In this document: piece after piece, positions 15,288 through 28,282 of the stretch | How the letters are laid out: each line of letters begins with the position of its first letter | How positions within the stretch are numbered: the stretch's first letter is position 1 | Origin: Ptychomitrium polyphyllum | Taxonomy: Eukaryota | NCBI GenBank assembly: GCA_973851085.1 | Contig: OZ316776.1 | Coordinates: forward strand, 806,001 to 870,000 | Direction: 5' to 3' | Length of the DNA stretch: 64,000 nt | Position numbers and translations under genes: made by a program | Notes under the pieces: generated by a model | What the model was told of the DNA's origin: nothing | Databases searched by the model: none | The model's input: only the letters and a program-made list of their open reading frames with translations

Positions 15288-17086
15288 ATGGCACGATCGA
15301 TAGATCCGCTTGTGGTCGGAAAGGTCATTGGAGACGTTATTGACACCTTCGTGCCAAGCGTGGATATGGCTATTCATTATTCAACTCGTCAGGTATTTTA
15401 TGAATCACTAGATTTACTTGTTTATGATCTGGTTTATGCGTCGAATTTAGTAGTTGGGTTATTTTAACATTTTAAATGGTGTTGTGACACTTTTAAGAAA
15501 CTGTGATTTGTGAAATTTCTCATTCAAACCTCTTCTTTTGTTTAAAAGTTGTTATTGATAAATTAGGATGGTTTGTGCAGGTGACCAATGGATGCCAAAT
15601 GAAGCCCTCTGCTACAGCTCAAGCGCCTGAAATTCAATTGTCTGATAGCAGTGAGGGGAACAATTACTATACTCTGGTGTGGTAGCTTTCCTGCTTTGTA
15701 TTATTTCAGTTACTTTAGATTGAAATTTCCTTGAAATGGTGTCATTGAGCGTCTGTACAGAGTGTGAAAGTACAGTCGGCTTTCTTTACACATTAGATTA
15801 GTTAACTGGTTCTATCAAAGTCACAGCTAATTCAAAGCCTGTTATTATACGTTTTGGATATTCTGTACATAAATATAACTTCATTTTGATACTTTAACTA
15901 GAGACGATTCTCCTCGATACTTTGTGAAGTTACTGTATAGGCTTATTTTCTCGTCTAGTGTAGGGAATTTAAAACGTTTACTCTAAATGTTCCATATTTT
16001 GTGGGCAAGCTCAGTTTAGTTTTGTTCGTTTATTTAATGGGGATATATGTTGGACTGCTCGATCCAGCTTTGAAAATGCCTAGCGTTGTCGATACCATTC
16101 ATGCTTTAAACTTGTAAATTACAAACTGTATCCTGCTTGGCATTGGATGGGAGTTTGATACTTTCTCGGAATTTTTATCAGGTTATGACAGATCCTGATG
16201 CTCCGAGCCCTAGTGAGCCAACTTTGCGTGAATGGTTGCACTGGTAAGAATATGAGTGTCTTTTTCAAAAATTGGTTATTATAATTTCTATATTATATTC
16301 ATGAAAATTTGGAAGAATTCGAATTATAATCTCTGTCGGCAGATCACGTTTGAGTTTGGATTATGTGGCTAGCAATGCGGAATGAATCTTAAAAACATGA
16401 TAATTTAATATCAAACCTTCCAAATTGCATCTCCTAGAATTTGAACAGAATGGAGGAAATGTTCAGCTTTTGCATATTATTTATGACCAATGTTCATTCT
16501 TATGTTTCAATTAGTTTATCACATTTGCACTCAATTGGAAATTTGATAAGATGTTTTTGTCAGTTGTCCGTCACACACTTCAGGTTGCATAAGTCTGCTT
16601 GCAGAATGTATGAGATCTTTGGACTGATGCTGTGTGTATATGAATAGGATCGTGACCGATATACCTGGAAATAGCGGGGGCTCGGAATTGGCAAGTAGTG
16701 GTGAGTTTGGGCTACCGAGCTCGCAACCTTTAGTGTTGACATCCTATTTGTTTTCCTGAATTCGAAGTGTGCCGTTTGTTGTACATGATTTACTAACTTT
16801 TAGTTTTGTCCATTATATAGGGTTTTCATGGATAAAAGAACAAATAGCGCCTGCAAGCAGCTCTGGCAGAGAGTTAGTGCCATACATGGGTCCACGCCCT
16901 CCCATAGGAATTCACAGGTACATATTTGTATTATTCAAGCAGCCATCTACACCGTTTCTCATTTCCCCTCCTGCGGTACGCAACAACTTCAGTACACGCA
17001 ATTTTGCGGCACATTATGGATTGGGTCTTCCTGTGGCAGCTACATATTGCAATGCTCAGAAAGAACCTGGTAGTCGACGTCGTTGA
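15288..17086 (+). CDS. MFT: MOTHER OF FT AND TFL1 (PEBP family), 193 aa
   Basis: Exons 15288-15392, 15581-15676, 16182-16243 (the conserved 62-nt exon), 16648-16700, 16821-17086. [51 protein letters not shown]-type end [11 protein letters not shown]. Confidence 0.96.
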
Positions 17087-17870
17087 ACAGTAAACAGTGT
17101 ATTGTTTCTGAAGACGTTTTGTCATTCTCATTTAGGACGATGTACAGAGGTTTTAGGTCATGAGGCTTTAATTAAGCAAGTCGCACCTATTACCAGCTTT
17201 CTTGGTAGGAAGTAATTACTCTCAGATCATACAATCGGGCACTATATTAGGTTTTACAATTAAAGGTCATAGGTGCATCTACCGTACATCAGGTAATTAC
17301 TTCTGTACAAAATTCTTTGTAATGTTAAACTTTGTTGCATACATTTTCAAGCTCCTTGTTAATCTCTTGATTAAGAAAGGGGCAAAACACGTAAAACGAA
17401 TCACTGAAAATACTACGTTTTACTGGTCAACGTTATAACAAATTCTATTGTCACCTGATCGCATTGTCAAACCAGATGTTCTTTTGAGAAAAATCCTTTT
17501 TCAACCACGGCTTATGAATAATCGCTTTTATACGAAAGCTAAATGCTTCAGCTACTGCGTTAACAAACTTGTCAAAGTTTTATCTATAGCAGAATGAAAT
17601 AGTCCAGAAACTAACTACGTAAAATCTTGTGCGGGAGACTATAACATACCGTAAACCCCTATTCATCCTCGTCTACAAACAATCTTAACCGTTCAACCTC
17701 AGTATTTTTATCTTACACTCTCTAAAGTACTCTAACTAAATTTAAACCACTAGTATAACATTGGCGACAATTCTTTCTTTCCATTGCTGCAAAACATGAT
17801 CATACCTTTCAAGTTCTTCAAGAGCAATACATGGTGTGATCTCTTACATGCCGTCACAACTCCTAAAATG

Positions 17871-17972
17871 ATCCCATCACGCAGCAAAGCAAAACACCCT
17901 CTCCTCAGTCCAGCTCCCGCTCTCCAAGCCTAGCTCTCATACTCCGCAACCAACTCACTCCACGTGCTTCAC
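17871..17972 (+). repeat. ~100-bp direct repeat, copy A (partner at 23221-23333)
   Basis: ...cacgcagcaaagcaaaacaccctctcctcagtccagctcccgctctccaagcc... matches ...cacgcagcgaagcaaaactccctctcctcactccagctcccgctctccgagcc... Confidence 0.85.
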
Positions 17973-18030
17973 TCTGGACACACTCACTCATACATCTGCA
18001 GTAGGCAGAACTTATATTTACAGTTGCCTG

Positions 18031-18238
18031 CCGACCTCACGCGGTGTTTTTCCTCTCATGTCCTTTCCCAAACCTTCATTACGATTTACCAACGTCCGGA
18101 GCTTCTTCACATCGAGGTTAACAGAAATCGTCTACCGACCTCACGCGGTGTTTTTCCTCTCATGTCCTTTCCCAAACCTTCATTACGATTTACCAACGTC
18201 CGGAGCTTCTTCACATCGAGGTTAACAGAAATCGTCTA
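18031..18238 (+). repeat. Perfect 104-bp tandem duplication
   Basis: Unit ccgacctcacgcggtg...aacagaaatcgtcta at 18031-18134 and 18135-18238. Confidence 0.95.
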
Positions 18239-20760
18239 GACTTGTCAGAAGGTATTTGTCTAGCGCCAGCGACACCTCTGCTCTTCTCAAGCTTTCGACA
18301 TCGCTCTGCATCCGCTCGTCGATGAGGTATACTGCTCCTTCGTCTTGCAATCTCTTTAAGATCGGGACTGTTTCTCGGGATCTATATGCTCTCGCTCTGA
18401 ACTCTGAGTGTGCAGTACCCACTGGTACGGCCGTTGTTGCTGCTCTTCTCGTTTCCAATCTTTTCTCATGCAAGTATATGGTTTGAGCGTGCAGATTTTG
18501 GGTACTCCTCAGTAGGCGTAGATGTGGGTTTCTATATCGTGGGCTTCGTTGTGGGTAATCCGAGGAGTCGAAGTCGTCCGCACTTTGGTTCTTCTAAATT
18601 GTAGAAACTTTATCATGGTCGACCTGTTTACTTATGTTAGTTCTACGAATTTAAGACAGGACAACGTTGCAGATCAGTATGCTCTTCTGATCTGTGGTTA
18701 GGCATCGTCTCGCTCTTCTGATCAAGACCTCAACTTTGGTTGCAGACGGGCAAGAAGTTCGAGCGCGTGCCAGTGCTAGGGTGGTAAGCAGTTATGGCAG
18801 CCACAAATGCACCCACTAGTGAGACCATCGCATCGGAATTCTCAGGCTCTTGCACGACAGGTGGTTCGATGGAGGCCGAATTGCAAGCAGCCGTTGCATC
18901 TGGGAGCGAGCATGCAAGCAGCTCATCGGTGCCATTCTTCCCCGCATGCAGTGCGACTATGCAGTGGTGGAGGGGAAGCGGAGTGCAAAGCGCGGTCCTA
19001 TTTCGGAACGAGAGCAACACATCGAGCGTTCGGGCGTTCCGAGGTTCAATGGAGCCAACTTTCGGAGCCCCTTGATTGTAGGGAGCGCTTGAATTTGTTC
19101 AAACTCGTACGAGCTTGGTTGGGCGGAAAGGGTCGTGTAGAGATGGACAACCTGAAACTGTTCAAGGCTCGGCAATTGCATCCCTCCTGGGGTTGCTTCG
19201 TCACAACATTTGGTGACAGTTTGGGTGTACAAACTCGTTGGGATAAGTTGGAGGTGGGCGAGAAGTTTGCGGAGGGCGGGCGGGCTGAGCTCTTCCATGC
19301 CCACGTCACTTGGGCGCATCCAAGGATTGACGAGGTGGGTGAGAAACATGGCGTGGAGCGGAGTGGGTTGTCAAGGTGTTCAAGATGGGCACTTTGCTGC
19401 AACACCTGCAAGCCCAATGGCCCCACGGATGGCTGCAGGCTGCAGGTTCATGTGGAGGGTCGTGAACGTGCCCATCTTGGAAAATCCCAACCATTTAGGA
19501 ACCATAGCAGTATTTTATGTGCAACATTATTGAGGGATGGCAGATTTGTCTTTCTGATGGTCAAGGATGGTCAAGGAAGAGGAGGATCTATGGAGTGTCA
19601 TTGATTGTAACATGTTGAAATCCATTAACAAGAATTATGGACCATTTTAAGATGGTACACCATTTTAAGATATTGAAATGCTGAAGTGATTTTTTACCCT
19701 ATTGTTTGTGGAATGGAGTTCCTGCACAAGCACAACCTTGTTTACATGGACTTCAAAGCTTTCAATGTGCTAATATACAAAGATAAAGTTGATGGAAAAT
19801 GGCACAATTTTATTGCGGATTATGAATGCTCAATTGGAGTTATAAGTACAAGGTTTTGGTAGGCGCCTAAAATATTGTTGACTTTAAAAGAGGGGAGGGT
19901 TTATCAAAAACCAAATTTATTTATAAAAAAAAGTGATGTCTATAGCTTTGGTATGACATGTTGCAAGATATTAATAGGGAACTTCCTTTTAAGGATCATC
20001 CATTTAGCAACTATGATCTTGTCTTCAATAGAAATCGATTGAAGGTGCCAAAGTATGTTGCTAAATAGGCATGTAGGCTACTAGATTGATGTTGGATGTC
20101 CAATCCTACCAGTAATCCTTTTTTAAAAGATGTACTAAATTTGAAGCTAATTCAACAACAATTAGAGAATATAAAAAATGGTTTAGAATGTGTTTTAACA
20201 AACAACGCTATTTAAAAATGAAGATGAATCAAGAGTCTATTGAAGCCAAAGTAATATTTGAATAGCATGATTTATATAGTTGAGGCTATGTTTTTAGAAT
20301 GTCAAGGGGTCAAATCCAATAGTATGGACAAGTAGCAATTTTAATTATATTAGAGTTGTATCAGACCTTTTTTCATGGGCAATATCATGGTTGTTAGCAC
20401 TATATTCAATCAAAACCATTTCCTTTTCGCCCAAGCTCAAGAAATTGTTGGCACTATGTTGTTCATGGACAATATGATTCCCTCAGTTGACTTACACTAA
20501 ATGAGCCGCTTAAACCGTTCGGTGGATGGAAAGGGTACCATCGAGAAGTTTTGGTAGTGATGTGCTTCATCTCGCCAACTATGCAATGCAGACTCTGATT
20601 CCTTGGATTTGTTAGTTTTCGAGCTTGAAGAAACATCTTACTAGAATGTAACTTGATTGAGATGTTGTGCGTTAGGTTCTGGTTGAATATGTGAAAAATT
20701 CTTGTAGTTTTTAAGGGGTATAGATAAAGTGTCAGCTCACAGGTTGTGTTAGTGCTTTGA
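18197..20760 (+). mobile_element. Dispersed repeat module copy 1 (5' segment + kinase pseudogene + 3' segment), possibly TE-carried
   Basis: Collinear with 28283-30190, e.g. ctgaactctgagtgtgcagtacccactggtacggccgttgttg, gggcactttgctgcaacac, gattatgaatg(c/t)tcaattggagtt, ttgaagaaacatct. No transposase seen. Confidence 0.55.
18794..20170 (+). pseudogene. Intronless TKL-type protein kinase pseudogene, copy 1
   Basis: LEVGEKFAEGGRAELF (I), WVVKVFK (II, after a frameshift), GMEFLHKHNLVYMDFKAFNVL (VIb), IADYECSIGV (VII), FW*APKIL (VIII), KKSDVYSFGMTC (IX), *CWMSNP (XI); several stops and frameshifts. Confidence 0.88.
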
Positions 20761-21079
20761 TTATGATTGTGTTGCTTCTATTGCTTCCCTTCCTGGACAT
20801 CCTCAGCTTCAGTCGTAGTGATGCGTGGATAACCATCGTTGCTTGCTTCCCGATGGTCATCGCGTTCTGTTGTCCATATCAGGACATGCAAGCACACTTC
20901 CGAAAAGCACCATGTCGCTACATGCAAGCATGGTCATACAGCAGAAAATACTTTAGATTGAGTGTGAAAACAGCCTGCTCAAAGAGCCTTCGAACTATAA
21001 CTGTTTGCATGGCTGGGTCCCCTTCGTAATTCAGCACAAAACGAGCAGATGAAAAAACGAAACGGATCAAACAGTACCC

Positions 21080-23141
21080 CAGTGGTAACTCCATCAAAAC
21101 GGGAGGGATCATCTCCACCATCGCCGAGATTGCTATTTTCTAGTGCTAGATTAGAATGGTTCGTCTCGTCCTCTTTCTTGCTTTCATAAGCCGATCAACA
21201 GCATTAGCTCCTGCGTCAGCAGCGAGTTCCCGAAGATCCCATGGTGTTGAACCGGACGTTTGAGATACTACGGATTTACCTAGAAACCTCAGTGTTTTCA
21301 CCCTAGAAACAAAACAGACAAGAAGCAATGATCAGACTTCGCAACTTTGATGCAAGACAACCAGCTTCACTGAGAAGTTTGCCCTTCGTGCACACACAAA
21401 TCTGCAGTATAGTAACGATTCTCCACAAGTTCATTTGTAACCCAATAATGAAAGCCCAACCTTCGCCAAAAAGAGAAAGCAGGATTGAACCTGTGCAGAA
21501 ATCTGCTGAGGATCTGCTGACCAAGGTGCAACTTCCCGGGTAAAGTCCAAGGAACTGAAAGAGAAATGAAAGGTGTCCAGATTCATTTGCACCTTCCACT
21601 CCCACTGTATGGGTGGAGCACCGGCGAAGAGCAGGCTTCAAATCTTTTCTGCTCTCCGTTGCACCGACAAGCAATACAGAGCCCGCTGTAGATCCTCTGT
21701 TCTGCAGGTGTCCAAATGCGTTCGACATCCTAACATTCCACCACAATTCGCCATCGTCAGTGGTAATCCACAAAAAAAGAAGTCAGATAAGAGCATGAAA
21801 AGAGAAGAATTGCACCTGTTGGCCCATGAGATAATAACGCAGTGCCGAGGCTTAACCGAGATGCATACAGGGTGCCAACAAAGACGTCAATTGCTGTACC
21901 TCAGGTGGAAGAGGATACTTGGTTGGGCTTGAGAGAGCTGATTGTCTTGGACCCATCCATTGTGAGATACCCAGACCCGGGGGTGGTAACCTTGAAGGTT
22001 CAGCATCACCAAGTACAAGAGCCGTTTTGCGCCCCTTCACAAGTGATGGAAGTGCTGGTGGAGGCTCCAGTCCCAAGCCCTCTCAACACACCCAGGTCAG
22101 TTTGTGGCCTGGTTTAGTATGCACTGAAAAAAAAACCAAAAGCAACGATAAAATGTACCCATGGTAGCAATCAGCAGGCGATATCGTCTGCATGGGAACT
22201 AGAAGCGCTCGTTTCATAAATTGTATTCACGAAGGCGGACTTTCCGACATGATGATCATCAAGCACGTAGCACAATGTGACCACAACTCTCGCAAAGGAG
22301 CTATTGGAGAGACCTTGAAGTGCATCAGCTCCTCTTGCTCGGTGTAGACATCTCCGAACGAAGCATACAAGGATGGATCAGGAGCCCTTAACGACAAAAC
22401 ATCATCTGCCGTCAACAACCTATCACCTCCAGAATAATTTGTCGACGCTGTATCAATCCTCGCCTGCCAATCCTTCCTGGAGGCTGCTCGATAATCTTTC
22501 CGTTCACTAAGATTTGCTGCCAATGCACGAGTCCGAACGTGTGCGATCCGCACATGAGCAGCATACAGCATCCCCCATGCTAAATTCTCTGTACAGCATT
22601 ATGAGCAAGGCTTTTTGGTATTTCCTCTCCTACAGAAGCCTGAAGTGGATAAACTTCTAAAGTTGGTGTATTATAAACGAATTGATCACCACTAACTTCA
22701 GCTTCGTTGCCATTAGGAGATCGCCTTTCTAATCAGCATGTCCAGCCATGCTCCATGTAAGCCTATGCTGAATGCTAAAGGTGGAGTCAGGTTACGGAGA
22801 AACGTACCCGCGATCCTCACGAAAGAGTGCGGACCCGCAGAGCCGACACAGACAACCCCAACAGACTGGCCTCATCCCATGACGCAATTCTCAACACATC
22901 ACCAGCATTGGCGACCTTCGCATCTTTCTTCGTCCCGTTGCTTTCCAACCTGCCTCGCATTTCATCCCTCGGGAAGAATAGCAACCCAGGCTTGAACCGC
23001 ACAGCGACTCCCGCGCAAGCCGTTCCGCGCTGGCTTTTAACTGAACCTCATTTGTAGAGCCTCCTCGCTCTTTCTCCTCCAGCCCCGCAAAGACAGCGTC
23101 CGCTGTGTCTGCAACACGATAGGCTTCCGCGCCCGCGCCAT
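21080..23141 (-). pseudogene. Degenerate multi-exon gene of unknown family
   Basis: ATG at 23141 (MARARKPIVLQ...). Exon-like blocks bounded by AG/GT, the best at ~22315-22589 (EFSMGMLYAAHVRIAHVR...EQEELMHFK|GT); other blocks contain stops or shifts. Confidence 0.4.
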
Positions 23142-23220
23142 AGCCCCACACCCAACTTCTCTCAAAACTGTTCACTACATTGAACTCCAAACTCCAAACT
23201 CATTCCAACTCTCACAACAA

Positions 23221-23333
23221 TATCCCCTCACGCAGCGAAGCAAAACTCCCTCTCCTCACTCCAGCTCCCGCTCTCCGAGCCCATCTCTCACACTCCACAA
23301 CCAACTCAGAACTCCTCCCTCCATGTTCTTCAC
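23221..23333 (+). repeat. ~100-bp direct repeat, copy B
   Basis: Matches 17871-17972, with 28/29 identity in the core ccctctcctca(c/g)tccagctcccgctctcc. Confidence 0.85.
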
Positions 23334-24843
23334 TTCCGTGTGGATACAACCATCAACCACAGCTCAGCAATCAGAAAGTAGCGCAAACACACGGCAAACC
23401 TGGAATCAAAACCTACACAAACACAGCAAAAACAGCAACTAGGCAACTTCTTAATGAGTGTTAAGAATCGACGAGTGAATTCAGAAAAACACTGGAAGGG
23501 CATTATCTCTCAACCCACCGATCAATAAACTTCTGCGAACAGGCGGACTCCGGAGCATCGTATTCTGCTGTCGCCGGTGTATGTATTTCGAAGGAGACTG
23601 TATTATAAATAGATGTATTCGTATAGACGCCATATGACGCAAAACCACGGTGCTTGCCTCCTGACAACTCTCATCGATGAGATTCATCCGAAGTTTGAAC
23701 TTTTCTATTTGCCCGAAGATCCACCCCACAAGATAAGCCAGCTCGTCCTTTCCCTAGAAACAACCAAAAGTGGATGAAGGCGTCGTCACTGACGACCTTC
23801 ATTTATGCTTATCAGCTGAATGAATTGATGGCTCTCCAAGGTTCCCATGCTCCCGAATGACGTCATCTGAGCGAAATCTGTAGGAAATGTTGGTTCGCAT
23901 GACGCATGTGCCACTGTTAGAGTGACTAGAATATCCACATGGCAAGTGCACTCTGCGCTTCCACTTCATGGTTTTCCTGTTTGCTGGGAGCTAGTATTTC
24001 AGTGCTGTGCCGGGTCGCTTCGATCACAATCCCGTTTTGCATTCACGTTCTTCTCGACAGGTGGAGTTGCCTTCTTCTCTTTTCTACTTCGATTTTCATG
24101 TGGTTTAATGGAGTGTTGCGTCGTGGAGTGGTCATGGCGCTTTCCATGAGAGTCTGGTGATGTTTCTGCACTGGGAGAGTTTTTGTGTCTGGCCAATGGT
24201 TGTGGAGAGTGAAGGAAGTAACTGGCGAGGAGGTGGCATGTTATTTCACTGAATCACAAGCATTCCTTGTTGTACTTTGGGTTGATCTAAGGGCTTGGAT
24301 TGAGCAGCAGGGTTATCCCTTATAATTGTCACCAACGAAAACGCTGCTGTACTGCCTCAAAAAGATTACGAGGTGTTGAGATGAGAAATGGATGTTGTTT
24401 TCTGATTTCTTGGATTTTTGGGTACGGTCTTTGGTTATGGTGTTATGTGTGTTGTTGTGAGAGCTGGGTGCGGGTTATGAGAGAGCTGATTCTGAAATAG
24501 GGATTCTGATGTGGAGTTAGTTGTTAGCATTGTGCTTGGGGAATTTGGCATCTTGCTGTGGTCACGTGCAATTAAACGGAGGTTTGCAGAGCTGCGTCTA
24601 TCTGTTTCTGAGAAAACCTTTGCCTTGAGTGTAGTTTACGGGAGAATATCTCAACTCTGAATTTTGGAGGCACACATGCTTAAATTTTTGGGCTTGGCAG
24701 CTAGCAGGTTTTATTGATTCGTGCGTTTTATGGTTTATCACATTTTGATTGCAGAAAAGCAGGAAGGATAGGATATATTGCGACAAGAGTTCTGAAATAT
24801 TCCTTCAAGTACACACGAACGTACACTTTTTTGATTTTTCAAG

Positions 24844-27468
24844 ATGACGGCGGTCGAGGATGTGAAGAAATACCGCATGTTTATCGCCAGCAAACCGGTG
24901 GAAGGAGACCGCACATACTTGGATGTCACCAACAAATACACAGGCGCTGTTGGTAAGTGGATTTTTGTTGAGCAATTTCATTTGTGAGCTGGATATGTTT
25001 ATAGGTTCGACTTGATGAAGTTTTGTTCTAACGTTGGCATTCTTATTGCTAGTTGATTTTGCAGTTTCGATCACCTTTTTCATGCGATTTTATTCACAAG
25101 TACGACATGTGTTGTGATGCAGGTGCGAAAGTGCAACTCGCAACACACGATGATGTAGATGAAGCAATCAACGCAGCAGTTGCTGCAGCCCCTGCTATGG
25201 CGGCCTTGGGCGCATATGAACGGAAAGCGATTCTTGAGAAGGTTAGCCGACCTTGTGTGGATGATCGAATTTAGTTTTTTGAGTCTAGAAGTGATACTAT
25301 CACCTCGAAGAATTTGCTCTAATACTAGGAAAGAATCTCACTTGGCCAGATTGCTATCATTTATGGCAGGTAGTAGCAGAGCTCAAGAAGCGTGCCGAGG
25401 AGATCGCTCAGACGTTGACAATGGAATCTGGGAAGCCTATCAAAGATGCTAGAGGCGAGGTCACTCGTACGATCGACACATTTCAGATTGCAGCCGAAGA
25501 GAGTGTTCGCATTTATGGCGAGCACATGCCTCTTGATATTTCTGCTCGTAACAAAGGTCTCCAGGTAAACACCCATCCTACTGCATTACACTCATACAAT
25601 TCTTGACTTTGCAGTGCTCAAAAGCTTTTCCTGATCTGGTAGGATTTGACATCCAATCGAATCACCCATCTACTCTTACTACTGGTACGTGTGCATTGAT
25701 ACATGGTATGCTCTTATGAAACCCTAAATAGTGAACGGGGTTATTGCAGGGAATTGTGAAGAAGTTTCCAATTGGCCCAGTTTCCATGGTTAGCCCATGG
25801 AATTTCCCGCTTAACCTTGTAGCACACAAGGTGGCACCAGCGATAGCAGTAGGGTGCCCATTCGTGTTGAAGCCGGCAAGCAGGACGCCACTATCAGCAC
25901 TTATTTTGGGAGACATTTTGCACCGTGTTGAGGAATTTCCAAAGGGTGCTTTCTCTATTCTCCCTGTGTCACGGGAGGATGCTGACATGTTCACGGTTGA
26001 TGAGCGGTTTAAACTCCTGACGTTCACAGGCTCAGGGCCAGTTGGGTGGGCCATGAAGGCTCGTGCCGGCAAGAAAAAGGTACAGAACCTTATGAGCCTA
26101 AGCTGTTCAGATGTTCGGGACTGATACTATTTTCATCCTTGGAAATCTGACATTTCGCTGTCTTTCCAAGCAGGTGGTTATGGAGTTGGGTGGCAATGCG
26201 CCATGTATAGTGGATGATTATGTTCCAGATTTGAATTACACAATTCAAAGGTTGATTAATGGTGGGTTCTATCAAGGTGGTCAATCGTGTATTCACATGC
26301 AGCGCCTTTACGTTCATGAGCGCCTTTATGATGAGGTACGAACTAGACTTGCTTGGGAAGTTATGGTTTTGATGGGGCATAGCATTCAGTTAGAATTGCC
26401 AGAGCCCCTTTTGTTATAACTTTGTTTACCGCTTGGAAGTTATAAACTTCTGTGATAGGCATTGAGGAAGCTTTTCATGCTCATGTTAATGAACTTGCTC
26501 CTCAGGTTAAGGAGGCATTCGTCGCTCAAGTGAAGAAGCTGAAAGTGGGTAACCCATTTGAGGAGGATACGTTTATTGGGCCGATGATTTCGGAAAAAGA
26601 TGCGAAGCGCATTGAGGACTGGACGAAAGAAGCAGTCGAGAAGGGCGGAAAGCTTCTTGTAGGAGGAAACCGGAACGGTGCACTTGTGGATCCAACAGTT
26701 ATTGAGAATGTGCCAATGGAAGCCATGGCCCGGAAAGAAGAGATTTTTGGCCCTGTTGTTCTTCTCTACAAATATAGGTGAGTCAATCTTCCTTCTTGAT
26801 AAGATTAGATTATCATCTACTCTCAGGTGTTGTGGGTAGTGTTGCGAGTTTTTGAAACATCTTACAATGCTGACTTGTGAATAATTTTGCCAGTGATTTC
26901 AAGGAAGCAGTAAAAGAGTGCAACAACACGCATTATGGACTTCAGTCGGGGATCTTCACCAAGGATTTAAACAAAGCTTTTTACGCTTTTGAACATATGG
27001 AGGTGAGAGCCTATTGTGCACATATTGCTCTTACGTTGAGATAGTCATGTAACTTATATGGTATTTCCATTTTTGCAACGACTCGACTGTTTTTGGTCAT
27101 GCTTTATTTGAGCAAGAGACATTGTAGTCCGAAGAGAACAATGAGCATAGTTCATGTTGACAAAACGGAATCTCATTGAGTTTTCGAGCTCTTAGGATGG
27201 CCAAACAGAAGGGTGAATACGAGAACGTGGTGTTTTAACGTGGCATCATAGTGCAAGTTTCTCAGAGGTTTTGTTACATTTGTCACAATAATTGTTCAAT
27301 ATCCAGGTTGGAGGTGTGATTCTCAATGATTCGCCAGCTCTACGAGTTGACAGCCAGCCGTACGGGGGCCTCAAAGACTCAGGGATCCAGCGTGAGGGCG
27401 TTAAATACGCCATGGAGGATATGCTTGAAACCAAAGTTCTTGTGATGCGGAATGTTGGAAGCTTATAG
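24844..27468 (+). CDS. ALDH21A1: Aldehyde dehydrogenase family 21 (NADP+-dependent succinic semialdehyde dehydrogenase type)
   Basis: Exons 24844-24952, 25123-25241, 25370-25564, 25750-26079, 26174-26335, 26506-26777, 26894-27002, 27307-27468. PWNFP, LKPASRTP, FTGSG, MELGGNAP, catalytic GQSCIH, EEIFGPV, PYGGLKDSGIQREG; closely resembles moss ALDH21. Confidence 0.94.
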
Positions 27469-28282
27469 ACAAATGTCTCCTCAGCACGCGTGTAACCTGA
27501 CGTCATATATATTGCTTTTCCGAGTATTTTTATAGCATCGACGTCTTTCTCATTGCACAGGTAAGGTGCAGATTGCCAGCTCTCGAGGTGACCCTGTTTA
27601 CAACTCTTAGTGGTTGGTTATCGAGCGGTACTAAGCACTTGAGGAACTGTACATAAGGTTGGACGAGTTTGAGTGCAACAAATCTTGTGTGGAAGAAGCG
27701 AAACACAATACAATAAATCCACTAGAATTTGCATATCGATTGAGTCTTTTTCACCGCCCGGTCAATGGCTCGGAGTCATGCGATCAGTTATTGCAATGAG
27801 CTGATGCGTTTTTCTAATGAGGAATTCTATATATTGCAATTTTGAGCATTCTCGTTTGCCAAGTCCCCACATCCTCAACGACGTGAATTTGAAAGTAAAC
27901 TTGAGATTTACATAAATGCTATGCAGAGTTCCTGTATGTTCTAGAGCTAGTAATCCATTTGGTGAAAGGGGAACTTAGTGGGGAGTCCCAAATGTAAATC
28001 ATTTTGCCGTTTCATAGATGCCATTCTTTGAGCAAAACAGGCTCAATACTCAGCTGGTTTGCAGGCCTACAAAAACCAAAAGTCTTTAAAGGTTATTAGA
28101 CATTTAGAGTTATCAGTTAATGAGAACCCAAAGCAAAGTAGCTAATATGAGTTTTGGGTTTTTTTAACCCAATGAGCCTCTGCGAGGTCGGACATTGACA
28201 TGAAGCCTTGAAATTTGGACCTACACGAAGCTTACCAAGCTTCCTTAATTCAACTCCCTATCGTCTCTATGTGCTCAAAGCT

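Noticed and set aside
18222..18604. Protein-coding role for the 5' segment shared by the two kinase modules
   Set aside because: One short minus-strand stretch shows several synonymous changes, but elsewhere differences fall evenly over codon positions and frames are broken; no domain recognised.
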